Assembly: GCA_041640595.1 (NCBI GenBank)
Contig: JBEPZY010000003.1
Coordinates: 276,773 to 340,772 of the forward strand
Source of the DNA: Gemmatales bacterium
GTDB lineage: Bacteria > Planctomycetota > Planctomycetia > Gemmatales > HRBIN36
DNA length: 64,000 nucleotides
Direction: 5' to 3'
Under the pieces are notes generated by a model. It had not been told where the DNA came from and made no database searches. It saw nothing but the letters and a program-made list of their open reading frames with translations. The position numbers were made by a program, and so were the translations under genes. Numbering within the stretch: position 1 is the stretch's first letter; every line of letters starts with the position of its first letter. Below, in pieces: positions 10,877-21,992 of the stretch.

Positions 10877-11044
10877 TTGCTCTACGCGATGGCAACCCTA
10901 AGGCGACCACAATGGCCTACTGATTTAGTAACGCGTTAGCCCCCCGTGGTGTTGCTCTACGCGATGGCAACGACGGGGTCTGCAAAGTTATCGTGGACCC
11001 CGACGGTCGTTAGCCCCCGTGGTGTCGCTCCACGCGATGGCAAC
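10860..11044 (+). CRISPR. CRISPR-like mini-array built from REP sequence: 3 repeats, 2 unique spacers
   Basis: Repeat GTTAGCCCCCCGTGGTGTTGCTCTACGCGATGGCAAC at 10860-10896 and 10935-10971 (identical) and 11009-11044 (one deletion, two substitutions); unrelated 38 and 37 bp spacers. No cas genes nearby. Confidence 0.55.
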
Positions 11045-11156
11045 GGCGGTCGGCACACGTACTCTCGGCGGTCTTCCGAGCGTTCGCGCTCGGGCCGGAT
11101 AGTACTTACGGGCGATCGTAGCAACCGCGAGGGGGTTTGCGAACCGGAGCAGAGCG

Positions 11157-12128
11157 TTACTCGGCGGGGAAGAGCGGTGTACTCAGATACCGTTCGCCGA
11201 GGTCGGGGATGATGACGACGATGACCTTACCTGCATTTTCCGGCCGATGGGCTACCTGTAAGGCCGCCCAGGTCGCCGCACCGGCACTGATCCCGCACAG
11301 GATACCTTCTTCCCGTGCCAGCCGACGCGACATCTCGAAGGCATCCTCATCCTGGACGGTGATAACCTCATCAATGATGTTGAGATTGAGCACATCGGGA
11401 ATGAAACCGGCACCGATACCCTGAATGCGATGTCGGCCGGGCTTGATCGGCTCACCGCGTAGCCGCTGGCTAATGACCGGGCTGGCGGCCGGCTCGACGG
11501 CAATGCAGCGGAAGGTGGGTTTGCGTTTCTTGATTACCTCGCCCACGCCGGTGATGGTTCCGCCTGTGCCCACGCCGCTGACCAGGATGTCGGCAGCGCC
11601 GCCGGTGTCGTTCCAGATTTCTTCGGCAGTGGTTCGGCGATGGATTTCCGGGTTGGCGGGGTTCTTGAACTGCTGCGGCATGTAGGCGTTGGGGGTTTTG
11701 GCCAGGATTTCCTCGGCTTTGGCAACCGCCCCACGCATCCCCTGATCGCCGGGCGTCAGGATGATTTCCGCACCGAATGCTTTGAGCAACCGCCGACGCT
11801 CGATGCTCATCGTTTCCGGCATGGTGACGATGAGCTTGTAGCCTTTGGCAGCGCAGGTGAACGCCAGAGCAATTCCCGTGTTGCCGCTGGTCGGTTCGAC
11901 AATCACGCTCTCGCCGGGTTTGATTTTCCCCTCGCGTTCTGCGGCTTCGATCATGGCCACGCCGATTCGATCCTTCACCGACCATAGCGGGTTGAAATTC
12001 TCCAGTTTCGCCAGCACGGTCGCTTTGGCGTCGCCGACCACGCGGCGGAGTTTGACCAGTGGCGTGTGGCCGATGGTTTCGGTAATGCTTTCATACACGC
12101 GACCACGAAACGGCAATGGATATTTCAT
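11157..12128 (-). CDS. cysK: Cysteine synthase A
   Basis: [44 protein letters not shown]. Confidence 0.97.
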   Translation of the reverse strand: MKYPLPFRGRVYESITETIGHTPLVKLRRVVGDAKATVLAKLENFNPLWSVKDRIGVAMIEAAEREGKIKPGESVIVEPTSGNTGIALAFTCAAKGYKLIVTMPETMSIERRRLLKAFGAEIILTPGDQGMRGAVAKAEEILAKTPNAYMPQQFKNPANPEIHRRTTAEEIWNDTGGAADILVSGVGTGGTITGVGEVIKKRKPTFRCIAVEPAASPVISQRLRGEPIKPGRHRIQGIGAGFIPDVLNLNIIDEVITVQDEDAFEMSRRLAREEGILCGISAGAATWAALQVAHRPENAGKVIVVIIPDLGERYLSTPLFPAE

Positions 12129-12466
12129 CTCTCGTCCCTCACTGGCATGGCCGGCGTCCCTGGGCCTGGCTCAGTGAGCGGGTTCCAGAGCGTCGGCGCG
12201 GCCGGTCACCGGAACTGCATGCGGCAGCCGGATCAGCGGCGTTGACTCACTCTCCACCAGGTGAAATCCCGCGGCAAGAACATCAGTTCTGCTCGCCAGT
12301 GCCCTGGCGGTGTTCCCCTGCGATCGGCATTTTTAGAATATAGGCGGATTGCGGCGACGAATCCAGGTCAGTTTTGCTGGGGCCGTCTGCGCACGCACGG
12401 CCATCTTGTCTGCCCTTCCGCTTCAGCCGCGTTCCCTGCGATCAGCCGTGTTCCCAGCGATGGGTC

Positions 12467-13372
12467 TTAGCGCGAGCCGGAACGCAGGTGCTTGTCGAAA
12501 AAGTCGGCGATCGTCTTGCGGATCTCCGGGGTGTTGAACTGCGGGCCACCGTGACCAGCACCGTCCAATTTGACCAGCGTAACTTCCACGCCGGCCTTCT
12601 TGAGAGCATCGGCCAGGATTTCGCTCTGGCTGACCGGCACCAGTTTGTCCGCCGTACCGTGCAGGATCAGGAATGACGGGTCGTCTTTGCTGACATGAGT
12701 AACCGGACTGGCGAGCCGGGCCAGGTCTTTCTTTTCCTCCACCGTGCCGCCGAACAAACGCGAGATCGCGGACTTCGGATCACGGTTGGCCGGTTCGAAG
12801 CGGAGAAAATCGGTGGGGCCGAACAGGTCGCACACCGCCTGGACGCGACTGGAAACGCCGGTCGTGCCGAGTTCGCCTTCCAGTTCTTTGACATCCCCGC
12901 CGGTGCCCAGTAATGCTACCAGATGCCCGCCGGCAGAACCTCCGGCCACACCGATCCGCTGCGGGTCTATGCCGTATTTGGAAGCGTTGGCCCGAAGCCA
13001 GCGAATCGCCGCTTTGCAATCGTGAATCTGGGCCGGAAAGACTGCGTGCTGGCTCAGCCGATAACCGACACTCGCCACGGCGTAGCCGCGTTCCAAAAGC
13101 CAGAGCATCGGCACATTATCTTTCGAGCCGGCCTGCCAGCCGCCGCCGTGAATCCAGACCACCAGCGGCAGGGGAGACGTTGCTTTCTCCGGCAGGTACA
13201 GGTCGAGCTTCTGCCGTTCGTGTCCGTTGGGAACGTACTCCAGGTCGCGCAGTACCTTGGTTCCCGGCGGCAAAGTCGGTTTGGGCTTCGCTTTCTCCTG
13301 CGCCGGGGTCTGCAAGAGCAGGCACGCAGTCAGCAGCCCGGCCAGTAGCAGTTGCGGCAGCGTTCGCGGCAT
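12467..13372 (-). CDS. Secreted alpha/beta hydrolase (HSL-like esterase)
   Basis: Signal peptide, IHGGGW, GGSAGG, HG.AD..VP and GAGHG motifs. Confidence 0.9.
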   Translation of the reverse strand: MPRTLPQLLLAGLLTACLLLQTPAQEKAKPKPTLPPGTKVLRDLEYVPNGHERQKLDLYLPEKATSPLPLVVWIHGGGWQAGSKDNVPMLWLLERGYAVASVGYRLSQHAVFPAQIHDCKAAIRWLRANASKYGIDPQRIGVAGGSAGGHLVALLGTGGDVKELEGELGTTGVSSRVQAVCDLFGPTDFLRFEPANRDPKSAISRLFGGTVEEKKDLARLASPVTHVSKDDPSFLILHGTADKLVPVSQSEILADALKKAGVEVTLVKLDGAGHGGPQFNTPEIRKTIADFFDKHLRSGSR

Positions 13373-13540
13373 GGCCATTCCTCCTGGCACCTTATTATGG
13401 CGCTCCGTCTCACATCCGCCCCGCTGGCGAATGTCCCGGAGCGACAATCTTCGCTGCAAAATCGAGACGTTGTTCTGGCACAAGCAGTGGATAGGCAGGC
13501 CGATTCCCGCTCGACCGTCTTCCGGTTGGTCGGATCGCCC

Positions 13541-14500
13541 TCACTGGAACAACGCGCTGACCGATTCGTTGCGGTGGATGCGGCGGATAGCTTCGCCCAG
13601 CATCGGCGCCAGGCTGAGGATGCGCAGGTTGGGGAGCCGTTTTTCCGGCGGCACAGGAATGCTGTCGGTGACCACGATTTCGTTGAAAGGAGCTTCGCGG
13701 AGTCGCTCAATTGCGGGGCCGCACAACACCGCATGGGTAGCGAAAGCGTAGATGCTGCGGGCACCGTTGCGAGCACACACCTGGGCAGCTCCGACGATGC
13801 TCCCACCCGTCGCGATCATGTCGTCAAAGAGCAGTGCCACTTTGCCCCGCAGCGGATCGCCAATGAGATTCGCCTGACGCGTTTCGGTGGCGCTCGACCG
13901 GCGTTTGTCCACGATGGCCAGACCACCGCCCAGTTTCTTCTGGTGAGCCAGCGCCATTTTGATCCGCCCTTCGTCCGGGCTGACGATCACCAGTTCGTCG
14001 CTCTCCAGTCGCAGCGTTCGCTTGATGTATTCATCGAAAACCGGCGCTGCCAGCAGATGGTCAACCGGAATGTCGAAGAATCCTTGAATCTGATAGGCAT
14101 GCAAATCCACGGTCAACACGCGATTGGCGCCGGCTACCGTGAGCAGATTGGCCACCAGCTTGGCGGAGATCGGCACGCGGCCGACATCCTTGCGATCCTG
14201 CCGGGCGTAACCGTAATACGGCAACACCGCCGTGATCCGTGCCGCACTGGCCCGCCGAAAGCTGTCGATCATGATCAGCAGTTCCATCAGGTTCTCGTTG
14301 ACCGGCGGGCAGGTCGGCTGCACCAGGAACACATCGCGGCCCCGCACATCCTCCTCGATGCGCACCGAAATTTCCCCATCCGGAAAGTTGCCCAGCGACA
14401 TCTTGCCCAACGGCACACGCAACGCCTGGCAGATATCCGCGGCCAGTTGCGGATGAGCCCGTCCGCTAAAAATCTTCATCTCGAAGTTGTTATCCTGCAT
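13541..14500 (-). CDS. prs: Ribose-phosphate pyrophosphokinase
   Basis: FPDGE, PYYGYARQDRK, DLHA.QIQGFF, VSPD.G, DDMI.TGGS. Start could be 14509. Confidence 0.97.
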   Translation of the reverse strand: MQDNNFEMKIFSGRAHPQLAADICQALRVPLGKMSLGNFPDGEISVRIEEDVRGRDVFLVQPTCPPVNENLMELLIMIDSFRRASAARITAVLPYYGYARQDRKDVGRVPISAKLVANLLTVAGANRVLTVDLHAYQIQGFFDIPVDHLLAAPVFDEYIKRTLRLESDELVIVSPDEGRIKMALAHQKKLGGGLAIVDKRRSSATETRQANLIGDPLRGKVALLFDDMIATGGSIVGAAQVCARNGARSIYAFATHAVLCGPAIERLREAPFNEIVVTDSIPVPPEKRLPNLRILSLAPMLGEAIRRIHRNESVSALFQ

Positions 14501-14817
14501 GGTGCGCATATCCTCGGCGAAACCCCCAACACGCCTGCCGCCATTATCGCCCATCGGTTCTCTTTCGTCAACCAAAAACCGAGGCCAGGCCCATCTTCTC
14601 AAGCCGACCAGTATCGTCTTGTTGAGGTGTTACTCGTTGGGCATCCACTGGTGCTACTAGGTTGTGGGAAGTTCGTCCATTCGGGTAAGCCAGACAATAC
14701 CTTCGCCAACTATCATACCTTGGAACTGGCTTCGGATTACGATAACCTCAGCCATCTGGTTCAGATGGTTTCTCTACACACAGCGATTCGCAGAATAGCG
14801 AATGAAGGGTACGAAGC

Positions 14818-15795
14818 ATGAACCGACCGATGCAGCTGACCTTCGATCTTACATCCGAGCAAGAAGCAGAAGTGGAGCAGTTGCAGTCCCTGCTCGTGGC
14901 GGAAATGAGAAATAAGAACAAAAGCGGTAAAGTCTTAGCGATTCGCTGGTACGGTGGTAAGTTTAGCCATCTGGACTGGCTACTACCGCTTTTACCTCGA
15001 TGTCAGCATTTCTGCGAACCGTTCGGTGGCTCTGCAGCGGTTCTGCTAAACAGGGATCCAGCGCCGGTGGAGACGTACAACGACATTGATGGTGACCTCG
15101 TCAACTTTTTCCGAGTGCTGCGGGACAAACCGGAAGAGCTTATCGAGAAACTGGTATTGACGCCATTCTCGCGGGAGGAATTTCGTGCGGCTTACCAGAT
15201 GCGTGGCAGAGCCGACCTACCCGACGTCGAAAGAGCACGCCTGTTTTTTGTCCGTGCAGAACAGGTACGAATCGGACTAGCCCAAACCTCCACGGCGGGA
15301 CGATGGGCTTGGTGCAAGCTTACCAGTAGAAGGGGCATGTCAGGCTCCATTTCCCGATGGCTCAACAGGATAGATGCACTGTGGGCTGTGAGCGAGAGGC
15401 TCCGGAGAGTTCAGATCGAAAATCGGGATGCCATCGAGCTGATCGAGCAGTATGACAGCCCGGAAACGCTATTCTATGTGGACCCACCTTATCCCCACGA
15501 GGCCCGCGGGGACGTTCACTCCTATGCTTACGAGCTGACAGAAGCGGATCACGAAAAACTCGCCTCCGTCCTGCATTCCGTAAGGGGCAAAGTCGCTCTT
15601 TCAGGATACCGCTCTCCGCTCACCGACCGACTTTACCGCGACTGGACGCGAATAGACGCTCCTCAGGCTATCATTCACTCCGTCAAAAAACCACGCACAG
15701 AATCCGTTTGGATCAATTACAAACTCGCGGAGATTGGCCAGTCGGCCGTTCGCAAATTAAAGGAGTTAGGAGTCAAGTTCCATGTCCACGCCTAA
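14818..15795 (+). CDS. DNA adenine methyltransferase (Dam/D12 class)
   Basis: WYGGK, EPFGGS, YNDID and YVDPPY motifs. Confidence 0.93.
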   Translation: MNRPMQLTFDLTSEQEAEVEQLQSLLVAEMRNKNKSGKVLAIRWYGGKFSHLDWLLPLLPRCQHFCEPFGGSAAVLLNRDPAPVETYNDIDGDLVNFFRVLRDKPEELIEKLVLTPFSREEFRAAYQMRGRADLPDVERARLFFVRAEQVRIGLAQTSTAGRWAWCKLTSRRGMSGSISRWLNRIDALWAVSERLRRVQIENRDAIELIEQYDSPETLFYVDPPYPHEARGDVHSYAYELTEADHEKLASVLHSVRGKVALSGYRSPLTDRLYRDWTRIDAPQAIIHSVKKPRTESVWINYKLAEIGQSAVRKLKELGVKFHVHA

Positions 15796-16888
15796 GGATT
15801 TACAAGCCGAAGCAAAAGCGGTGCTGGAGTCGGCATGGGAACAAGTGAAGCGTATCCCCACAGAAGACCTTGAGAGCCACCACTTTGTGGCCGAGGTCGA
15901 GCTTCAAGCAAAGATAAAGGAGTTGATCACTGCTCGCACCACGGCTTTCCGGTATGCAGTTCTGACTCAGGCTCTCGCCAAGGCTTCACAACAAGACCTA
16001 AACTGTCTCGTGCTTCAAGCTGGCGCGGGTCTCCCAGGGGCATTCGACGCCAGGTCGCTTTGTAAAAAAGTCGTCGTTCCGTTTGAGAGGCGATATTTCC
16101 CAGGCGTTCTTGGAACATCTCAGGATCCCTATGTTAGCAAGCCGCTTCGGCGTCCGTGCGTTACTTTGGAAAAGCGGGTTCTTCGCGAAATCAAAAACAA
16201 GGGCGAATGGGAGAAGCTATATGATTTGTTGAACGCGATCGAGCAGCGCAACGACCCCGACTTTAGTCAACGTGTACTCAGGCAGGTCTTGTTGGAAATA
16301 CGCAGGCTCGCATCGCAGCGACTGCCACCTTTGCCCAAAAACATAAGCGCGGGGGCGATTCGGGCCATTTTGGAGAAATACCTTGCCCGTTCTACCCTGG
16401 GTTTGGGACCCCAAGCTGTTGCTTATGCGTTACTGAAAGTTTTCAACAAACGAACTCGCGCCTATCAGGAGGTGATCAGCAATCAGCCAACCACCCCCGA
16501 TGCTGCTGCCGGCCGTGCAGCCGATATCGAGTGCACGGGCCCAGATGGTACTTTGCAGCTCGCTGTCTGTGTAACCCAGAGACTGGATGTTCAAAAACTG
16601 GAAGAGGATTTGAGAAAGTGCAGCCAAAGTGCGGTAGCCAACGTTTTATTCCTGGCCTCCCAGATTACTGTGGACTTGGAGGAGGCGTATCGAAAGGCGG
16701 CCGAGCACGGGGTCAATGCCACGATTAACACGCTCCGTGACTTTGTGTTATCTGTTACGGCTCTGCTGAACGGCGAAATGCGACGGGAATTGATCGAGGA
16801 GGTCGTGCAAGTTCTGGATGATTGGGGCGGTATCAGCGCCGTGACCGAGTTGACCGACGTGATCAGGGAGATATTGGGCTTGCCGTAA
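15782..16888 (+). CDS. Probable type II restriction endonuclease (SacI family-like)
   Basis: Overlaps the methylase; 'GAFDARSLCKKVVVPFE...LG.S.DPYVSKPLR' and 'D...GRAADI' resemble SacI-family proteins; lower GC than flanks. Confidence 0.7.
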   Translation: MSTPKDLQAEAKAVLESAWEQVKRIPTEDLESHHFVAEVELQAKIKELITARTTAFRYAVLTQALAKASQQDLNCLVLQAGAGLPGAFDARSLCKKVVVPFERRYFPGVLGTSQDPYVSKPLRRPCVTLEKRVLREIKNKGEWEKLYDLLNAIEQRNDPDFSQRVLRQVLLEIRRLASQRLPPLPKNISAGAIRAILEKYLARSTLGLGPQAVAYALLKVFNKRTRAYQEVISNQPTTPDAAAGRAADIECTGPDGTLQLAVCVTQRLDVQKLEEDLRKCSQSAVANVLFLASQITVDLEEAYRKAAEHGVNATINTLRDFVLSVTALLNGEMRRELIEEVVQVLDDWGGISAVTELTDVIREILGLP

Positions 16889-17580
16889 GCCAGTCGTGTG
16901 AACGCCGTTGTGATGCGTTGGTGAGCCGCGGCGTTCCTGGGAAACATGCGTTTGTGCACCGCGAATCTCGTTATTTTTGAGTGAACAAACGACGTGCACC
17001 AGGAGCGGCTGGCGTGAGTCAGCCGTGGACAAAGTAACGCGCCCGTCCCTGAAAAGCGCATATCTGCAACCGCATCCGCACGTGCACCAGGAGCGGCTCG
17101 CGTAAGCCAGCCGTGGTTCAGGATAGTCGCACTGGCAGGGGACTGCGCCTTCCGACGATGACCGCGGGTCGCTTGTGTTCATCCGTCGCATCGTCGGCGA
17201 ACAGTACCGGATTTTCGCGGCACAGCGTTCGGTCTGTCGAGCCACGGCGGGCTGACGCCCGCCGCTCTTGCGAGTGGGCGTTCGCACATCGCAAAAATCG
17301 TTTTGTCGCTCGCAGACATCCGTACACCAACACAAGAGCGGGGGGGGTGTAAGCCCCCCGTGGTACCTATTTAACGCGAGTGCAACGGCGATCCGCACAA
17401 ACACCGTCGGCGGTCTGCCGAACAAGTGCGCTTGTGTCTGCGAGAACGTGTTTCCCACACGCACGGCGGGCTGACGCCCGCCGCTCTTGGTTGGACGCAC
17501 GCCTCCGCATCGCAAGTCGCACATCTCGCACCGAACAAACGCCGTGCACCAGGAGCGGCTGGCGTAAGTCAGCCGTGTTC
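16884..17580. repeat. REP-like palindrome cluster 2 (BIME-like mosaic)
   Basis: Copies near 16993, 17082, 17242, 17333, 17462 and 17544, plus a half copy overlapping the endonuclease stop. Confidence 0.85.
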
Positions 17581-18071
17581 GCAGTAGCGTAGCCCAGGTA
17601 AAGAGCGCTTATGCTCGGTAAGCACAATCAGCCTCCGTGCGAAACGAGCAGGGCAACGAAACAAGGAGCGCGGTCCTGTCCGTCTTGGTCGGCATGCAGT
17701 CCCCGATACAAAAGAGCGGTTGCTCCCACTCGGGGTTCACGGACAGTTCCCACGAAGCATAACGCTACAATTGCCGATGGGATATCTCCGTATTGCGTTA
17801 ATCGTCCGTAACGCAAATTTCACGGTTTGCACGACAGACACGCACCCTGGCATCGCCCGTCGCTCGCTGGCTCCAGGTGGAGCAACGCTTACCACTTCAG
17901 GCACGCTGCTGGCGTTTGTCGTGGTGGGCGTCAGGGGAACAGCATTCTGGACGCTATGCTCGCCGGTGCCGTTGGGCCGAATAAAATGGGCAGTCCTCCT
18001 CAATACCCGTTCAACTCGCAACCACCTGGATGTTCGCCGGTACAGCGATCGGGTTCGTACAATGCTGGGGG

Positions 18072-18758
18072 ATGACAGGGGTGGATTTTTCGCAGCTGGG
18101 GAGGGAGGGACCGCTGGCGGTGCTGGTCAGCGGGGGCGTGGACAGTGCCGTGCTGGTGGGTTTAGCGGCGCGGCAGATGGTTTTGCTCCATCCGCTTTAC
18201 ATTCGCTGCGGCTTGCACTGGGAGGAGGTGGAACTTTTGTACTTGCGGCGGTTTTTGGCGGCGCTGAATGCACAACAGGTGCGGCCACTGGTGGTGCTGG
18301 AACTGCCGGTGCGGGATTTGTACGGCGAGCACTGGAGCGTTCATGGTCGGCAGGTGCCGGATGCCGATTCTCCCGATGAAGCGGTCTATCTGCCGGGCCG
18401 GAATGTGATCTTGTTGAGCAAGGCGTTGCTGTGGTGCCATCTGCACCGGGTGCCGGTGCTGGCACTGGGGACGTTGCGGGGCAATCCCTTTGCCGACGCC
18501 ACGCCGGAATTTTTGTCGCGGATGGCTGAAGCGGTGAACCAGGCCTGCGGCGATCGGTTGCGGGTGGTGCAACCGTTGCGGCATCTGGACAAGGCCCAGG
18601 TGGTGGCTCTGGGTCGGGAACTGCCGCTGGGCTGGACGTTTTCCTGCGTGGCTCCGCAGGGTCAACTGCATTGCGGTCGCTGTAACAAGTGTGCCGAACG
18701 TCGCCGGGCTTTTGCCGCCTGTAACCTGCCCGACCCCACCGTCTATGCCCATGCTTGA
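18072..18758 (+). CDS. queC: 7-cyano-7-deazaguanine synthase (QueC family)
   Basis: SGGVDS, YLPGRN and C-terminal C...HCGRC.KC.ERR. Confidence 0.85.
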   Translation: MTGVDFSQLGREGPLAVLVSGGVDSAVLVGLAARQMVLLHPLYIRCGLHWEEVELLYLRRFLAALNAQQVRPLVVLELPVRDLYGEHWSVHGRQVPDADSPDEAVYLPGRNVILLSKALLWCHLHRVPVLALGTLRGNPFADATPEFLSRMAEAVNQACGDRLRVVQPLRHLDKAQVVALGRELPLGWTFSCVAPQGQLHCGRCNKCAERRRAFAACNLPDPTVYAHA

Positions 18759-18783
18759 ACAAGAGCGGCCAGGGAGGTAGTGC

Positions 18784-19194
18784 ATGTATCGGATCAGCCG
18801 CGAGATTTATTTCTGTTACGGTCATCGCCTGCTCAATTACGAGGGGAAATGTCGCTATTTGCACGGCCACAACGGCAAGGCGATCATCACTCTGGAAGCT
18901 GCCGCCTTGGATAGTCGCGGCATGGTGCTCGATTTTGCCCAGATCAAACGGGTCATTCAGGGCTGGATTGATACGCACCTCGACCACAAAATGATCCTGC
19001 ACCGCGACGATCCAATCGTGCCGTATTTGCGGCAGCTGGGCGAACCGTTTTACCTGCTGGACGTGAATCCGACGGCGGAAAACATTGCCCGGCTGATTTA
19101 CGAATACGCCCGGCAGGAAGGTTTTCCCGTGGTGTCGGTGAGTCTCTGGGAAACGGAAAGTTGCTATGCTACCTATATGCCGGAATCACGCTGA
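18784..19194 (+). CDS. queD: 6-carboxy-tetrahydropterin synthase (QueD/PTPS-I)
   Basis: GHRL, KCRYLHGHN (Cx3HGH), GMVLDF, LDH, NPTAENIA, LWET. Confidence 0.92.
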   Translation: MYRISREIYFCYGHRLLNYEGKCRYLHGHNGKAIITLEAAALDSRGMVLDFAQIKRVIQGWIDTHLDHKMILHRDDPIVPYLRQLGEPFYLLDVNPTAENIARLIYEYARQEGFPVVSVSLWETESCYATYMPESR

Positions 19195-19259
19195 GCCAAG
19201 ACACGGGCCCCGGCGTGAACGGATCGGCAGCAGACCCGAATTCGGGCGGGAGGAGGAGC

Positions 19260-19604
19260 ATGGTCGAGTTGCGTGTGCTCAGTGACGAAGAAATCCAGCA
19301 GCGCTTGCAGCAACTTCCTCAGTGGGAATACCGCGAAGGCTGGCTGCGACGAAAATATCGCACACCCGGCTACGCCCACACATTGCTTCTGGCCAACGCC
19401 ATCGGATACATTTCCGAGGCGGCTTATCATCATCCTGATCTGACCCTGGGCTATGCCGAACTCACCGTCAAATTGCAGACGCACAAAGTACGCGGTATTA
19501 CCGAACTCGATTTCGAGCTGGCCAGACGCATCGAACAACTGGCCACCTGGAAACCCGAACCCGGTTCGCCCTTACCAGGTTTTCCGAAAAAGTGGGTAGA
19601 ATGA
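19260..19604 (+). CDS. Pterin-4a-carbinolamine dehydratase
   Basis: E.A.HHPDL and L.TH...GIT..DF.LA motifs; GGAGG RBS. Confidence 0.92.
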   Translation: MVELRVLSDEEIQQRLQQLPQWEYREGWLRRKYRTPGYAHTLLLANAIGYISEAAYHHPDLTLGYAELTVKLQTHKVRGITELDFELARRIEQLATWKPEPGSPLPGFPKKWVE

Positions 19605-19673
19605 GCCGGACAATCGTCGGCGTGGGAATGGTGGCGTGGAAAGCGCCGACCGTCTGGGTGAGCGTTGCCGGCC

Positions 19674-21098
19674 ATGCGCTATTTATTCGTCACCGGCAAA
19701 CTGGCGGAACCGGCCTTGCGACAGGTGCTGGCCCAACTCGCCCCCAAGGCCGGGTTTGAATACGAGATCGCCGTTCTCAACATCAGCGTCGCCGCCCTGA
19801 TGACGCCGGATTGGATCGCCCGACATCTTGAGGTTCCCGACGCGGTGGATCGGATCATGATCCCCGGCTGGTGCGGCGAGGATGCCCGGCCCATCCAGGA
19901 AAAGACGCATTTGCCCGTGGAGATTGGCCCGAAAGACCTGCTCGATTTGCCCGTCTATTTCGGTCAGCGACGCCAGGTGGACCTGCAGGAATATCGCATC
20001 GAAATTCTCGCCGAGATCAATTACGCATCCCGGCTGGATCGGCAGAGTTTGTTAGCCGAGGCCCGGCGATTGCATGCCGAAGGAGCCGATGTGATCGATC
20101 TCGGTTGCGATCCGGCCACGGTGTGGACAGACATTGCCGATGCGGTGAAATGTTTGCGTGAGGCCGGGCTGCGGGTGTCGGTGGATAGTTTCCATCCTCG
20201 GGAAATCGCCGAAGCAGTCCGTGCAGGTGCGGAGCTGGTGCTCAGCGTCAACAGCAGCAATATCGAGGCGGCCCCCGATTGGGGATGCGAAGTGGTGTTG
20301 ATTCCCGATAGCCCGCACCGTTCGGGTGATTCCCGCGCAGACAGTGACAGCTGGCTGACAACGCTGGATCGGCACATGGAATGGCTGGCGAAGCACGGCG
20401 TGGCGTTTCGCGTGGACCCGATCGTCGAGCCGATCGGCAGCGGGTTTGCCGACTCCCTGGGACGGTATCTGGAGTTTCGGCGAAGGTATCCGCAGGTGCC
20501 CATGCTCATGGGAATCGGCAATCTCACGGAACTGTCCGAGGTGGACTCGGCGGGGGTGAATCTGCTGCTGCTGGGATTGTGCGAGGAGTTGAACATCGGC
20601 AGTGTGTTGACCACGCAGGTGGCCAACTGGTGTCAAAGCTGTGTCCGCGAGTGCGATTTAGCCCGACGCCTTGTGCATTACGCCGTTCGACACGGGGTGC
20701 CACCCAAAAACCTCGACCCGCGCCTGGTCATGCTGCGGGATAGCCGATTGCGACGCTACGGAACCGACTGGATCGAACAACTGGCCAGCCGCGTTCGCGA
20801 TCCCAATTTCCGCATCTTTGCCGAGAACGGCCAGGTACACCTGCTCAATAACCGCGGCTACTGGCGTGATGCCGATCCGTTTCGGCTTATTCGGGAAGTC
20901 TTGCGGCAGCAGGCGATTTCGCCCGACCATGCCTTTTACCTCGGCTACGAAATGGCCAAAGCGGTTATCGCTCTCAGTCTCGGCAAAAACTACGTGCAGG
21001 ATGAACCGTTGCAATGGGGCCTGCTCACCCGCCCCGAGCGACCGCATGGCGAAATTAGCGCGGAAGCCCCCGCACCGACGCCCGACCAGCAACGGTAG
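19674..21098 (+). CDS. Dihydropteroate synthase-like protein (DUF6513 + pterin-binding + DUF4346; Orf20 of H4MPT biosynthesis clusters)
   Basis: LFVTGKLAEPAL, VAALMT, GADVIDLGC, MLMGIGNLTEL..VDS.G, HAFYLGYE..KA...L.LGK.Y.QD. Confidence 0.85.
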   Translation: MRYLFVTGKLAEPALRQVLAQLAPKAGFEYEIAVLNISVAALMTPDWIARHLEVPDAVDRIMIPGWCGEDARPIQEKTHLPVEIGPKDLLDLPVYFGQRRQVDLQEYRIEILAEINYASRLDRQSLLAEARRLHAEGADVIDLGCDPATVWTDIADAVKCLREAGLRVSVDSFHPREIAEAVRAGAELVLSVNSSNIEAAPDWGCEVVLIPDSPHRSGDSRADSDSWLTTLDRHMEWLAKHGVAFRVDPIVEPIGSGFADSLGRYLEFRRRYPQVPMLMGIGNLTELSEVDSAGVNLLLLGLCEELNIGSVLTTQVANWCQSCVRECDLARRLVHYAVRHGVPPKNLDPRLVMLRDSRLRRYGTDWIEQLASRVRDPNFRIFAENGQVHLLNNRGYWRDADPFRLIREVLRQQAISPDHAFYLGYEMAKAVIALSLGKNYVQDEPLQWGLLTRPERPHGEISAEAPAPTPDQQR

Positions 21099-21207
21099 CA
21101 GGAGCCGGCAGCAGAGCGGGAGTTCGCTACGCAGGAGGAGTTTGTTGCATGGAAAAAGTTTGCGGCACCGGAGGCGGTTGCTGCATTTCGTCAACAACAT
21201 TGCTTGC

Positions 21208-21835
21208 TGCCCGCCGCTCTTGGTTGCATGTGCGTCTCCGGGTCGCAAATCGCGCATGTTGCAGCCAACGAACGTCGTGCACCAGGAGCGGCTGGCGTGA
21301 GCCAGCCGTGGTAGAGGAAGCGTGCTGGTGGATGGACGACGCAGCTTTGCGCCGGCATTCGGGCATGCAAGGAGGAGCGGCTGGCGTAAGCCAGCCGTGG
21401 TTAGCGAGTCGCGTTTGCAAAAGCGAAACCGCGACTCGCCGGTTACGCCGACCGGTCGCTTCAACGAAACGCCGTTGCAAGTGCGTTACCGAACCACGGC
21501 GGGCCGACGCCCGCCGCTCTTGCGAATGGGCGTTCGCACATCGTAAAAATCGTTTTTTCGCTCGCGGACGTCCGTACACCAACACAAGAGCGGGGGGCGT
21601 CAGCCCCCCGTGGTACCTATATAACGCGAGTGCAAGGGCGATCCGCAGATACACCGTCGGCGGTCTGCCGAACAAGTGCGCTTGTGTCTGCGCGAACGTG
21701 TTTCCCACACGCACGGCGGGCTGACGTGCGGCGCTGTTGATTCTGTGTTGGCCAGTCGCCGAGCATTACGCGATTCTGACCGCAAGACGTTCGGTTCACC
21801 GAGCCACGGCGGGCTGACGCCCGCCGCTCTTGGTT
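21208..21835. repeat. REP-like palindrome cluster 3
   Basis: At least seven copies; 21494-21726 closely matches 17242-17476 including the linkers. Confidence 0.85.
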
Positions 21836-21992
21836 GCATGTGCGTCTGCCCATTGCATCATGCGCGTTTCCGTTGGACGCGGTCGTGATAATGCGCCTGG
21901 TCGCGGTGGTAATGGCGTGGATCGTGGTACCGCGGAATGGAGCTCCACGAGTCAGAGACGCAGTGCACACGGAGGGATGTGGTAATGGCGTG

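Noticed and set aside
13352..14821. Long antisense ORFs (also 5136-6185, 29421-30683, 30464-31795, 34266-35525, 41206-42594, 57699-59090, 59163-60368)
   Set aside because: They shadow well-supported genes on the opposite strand, as expected in GC-rich DNA, and carry no motifs.
16591..17627. ORFs over REP clusters (also near 10.4-10.9, 21.1-21.9, 37.3-37.8 and 39.1-39.7 kb)
   Set aside because: They are translations of palindromic repeats (HGGLTPAAL / PRRADARRS), not credible proteins.
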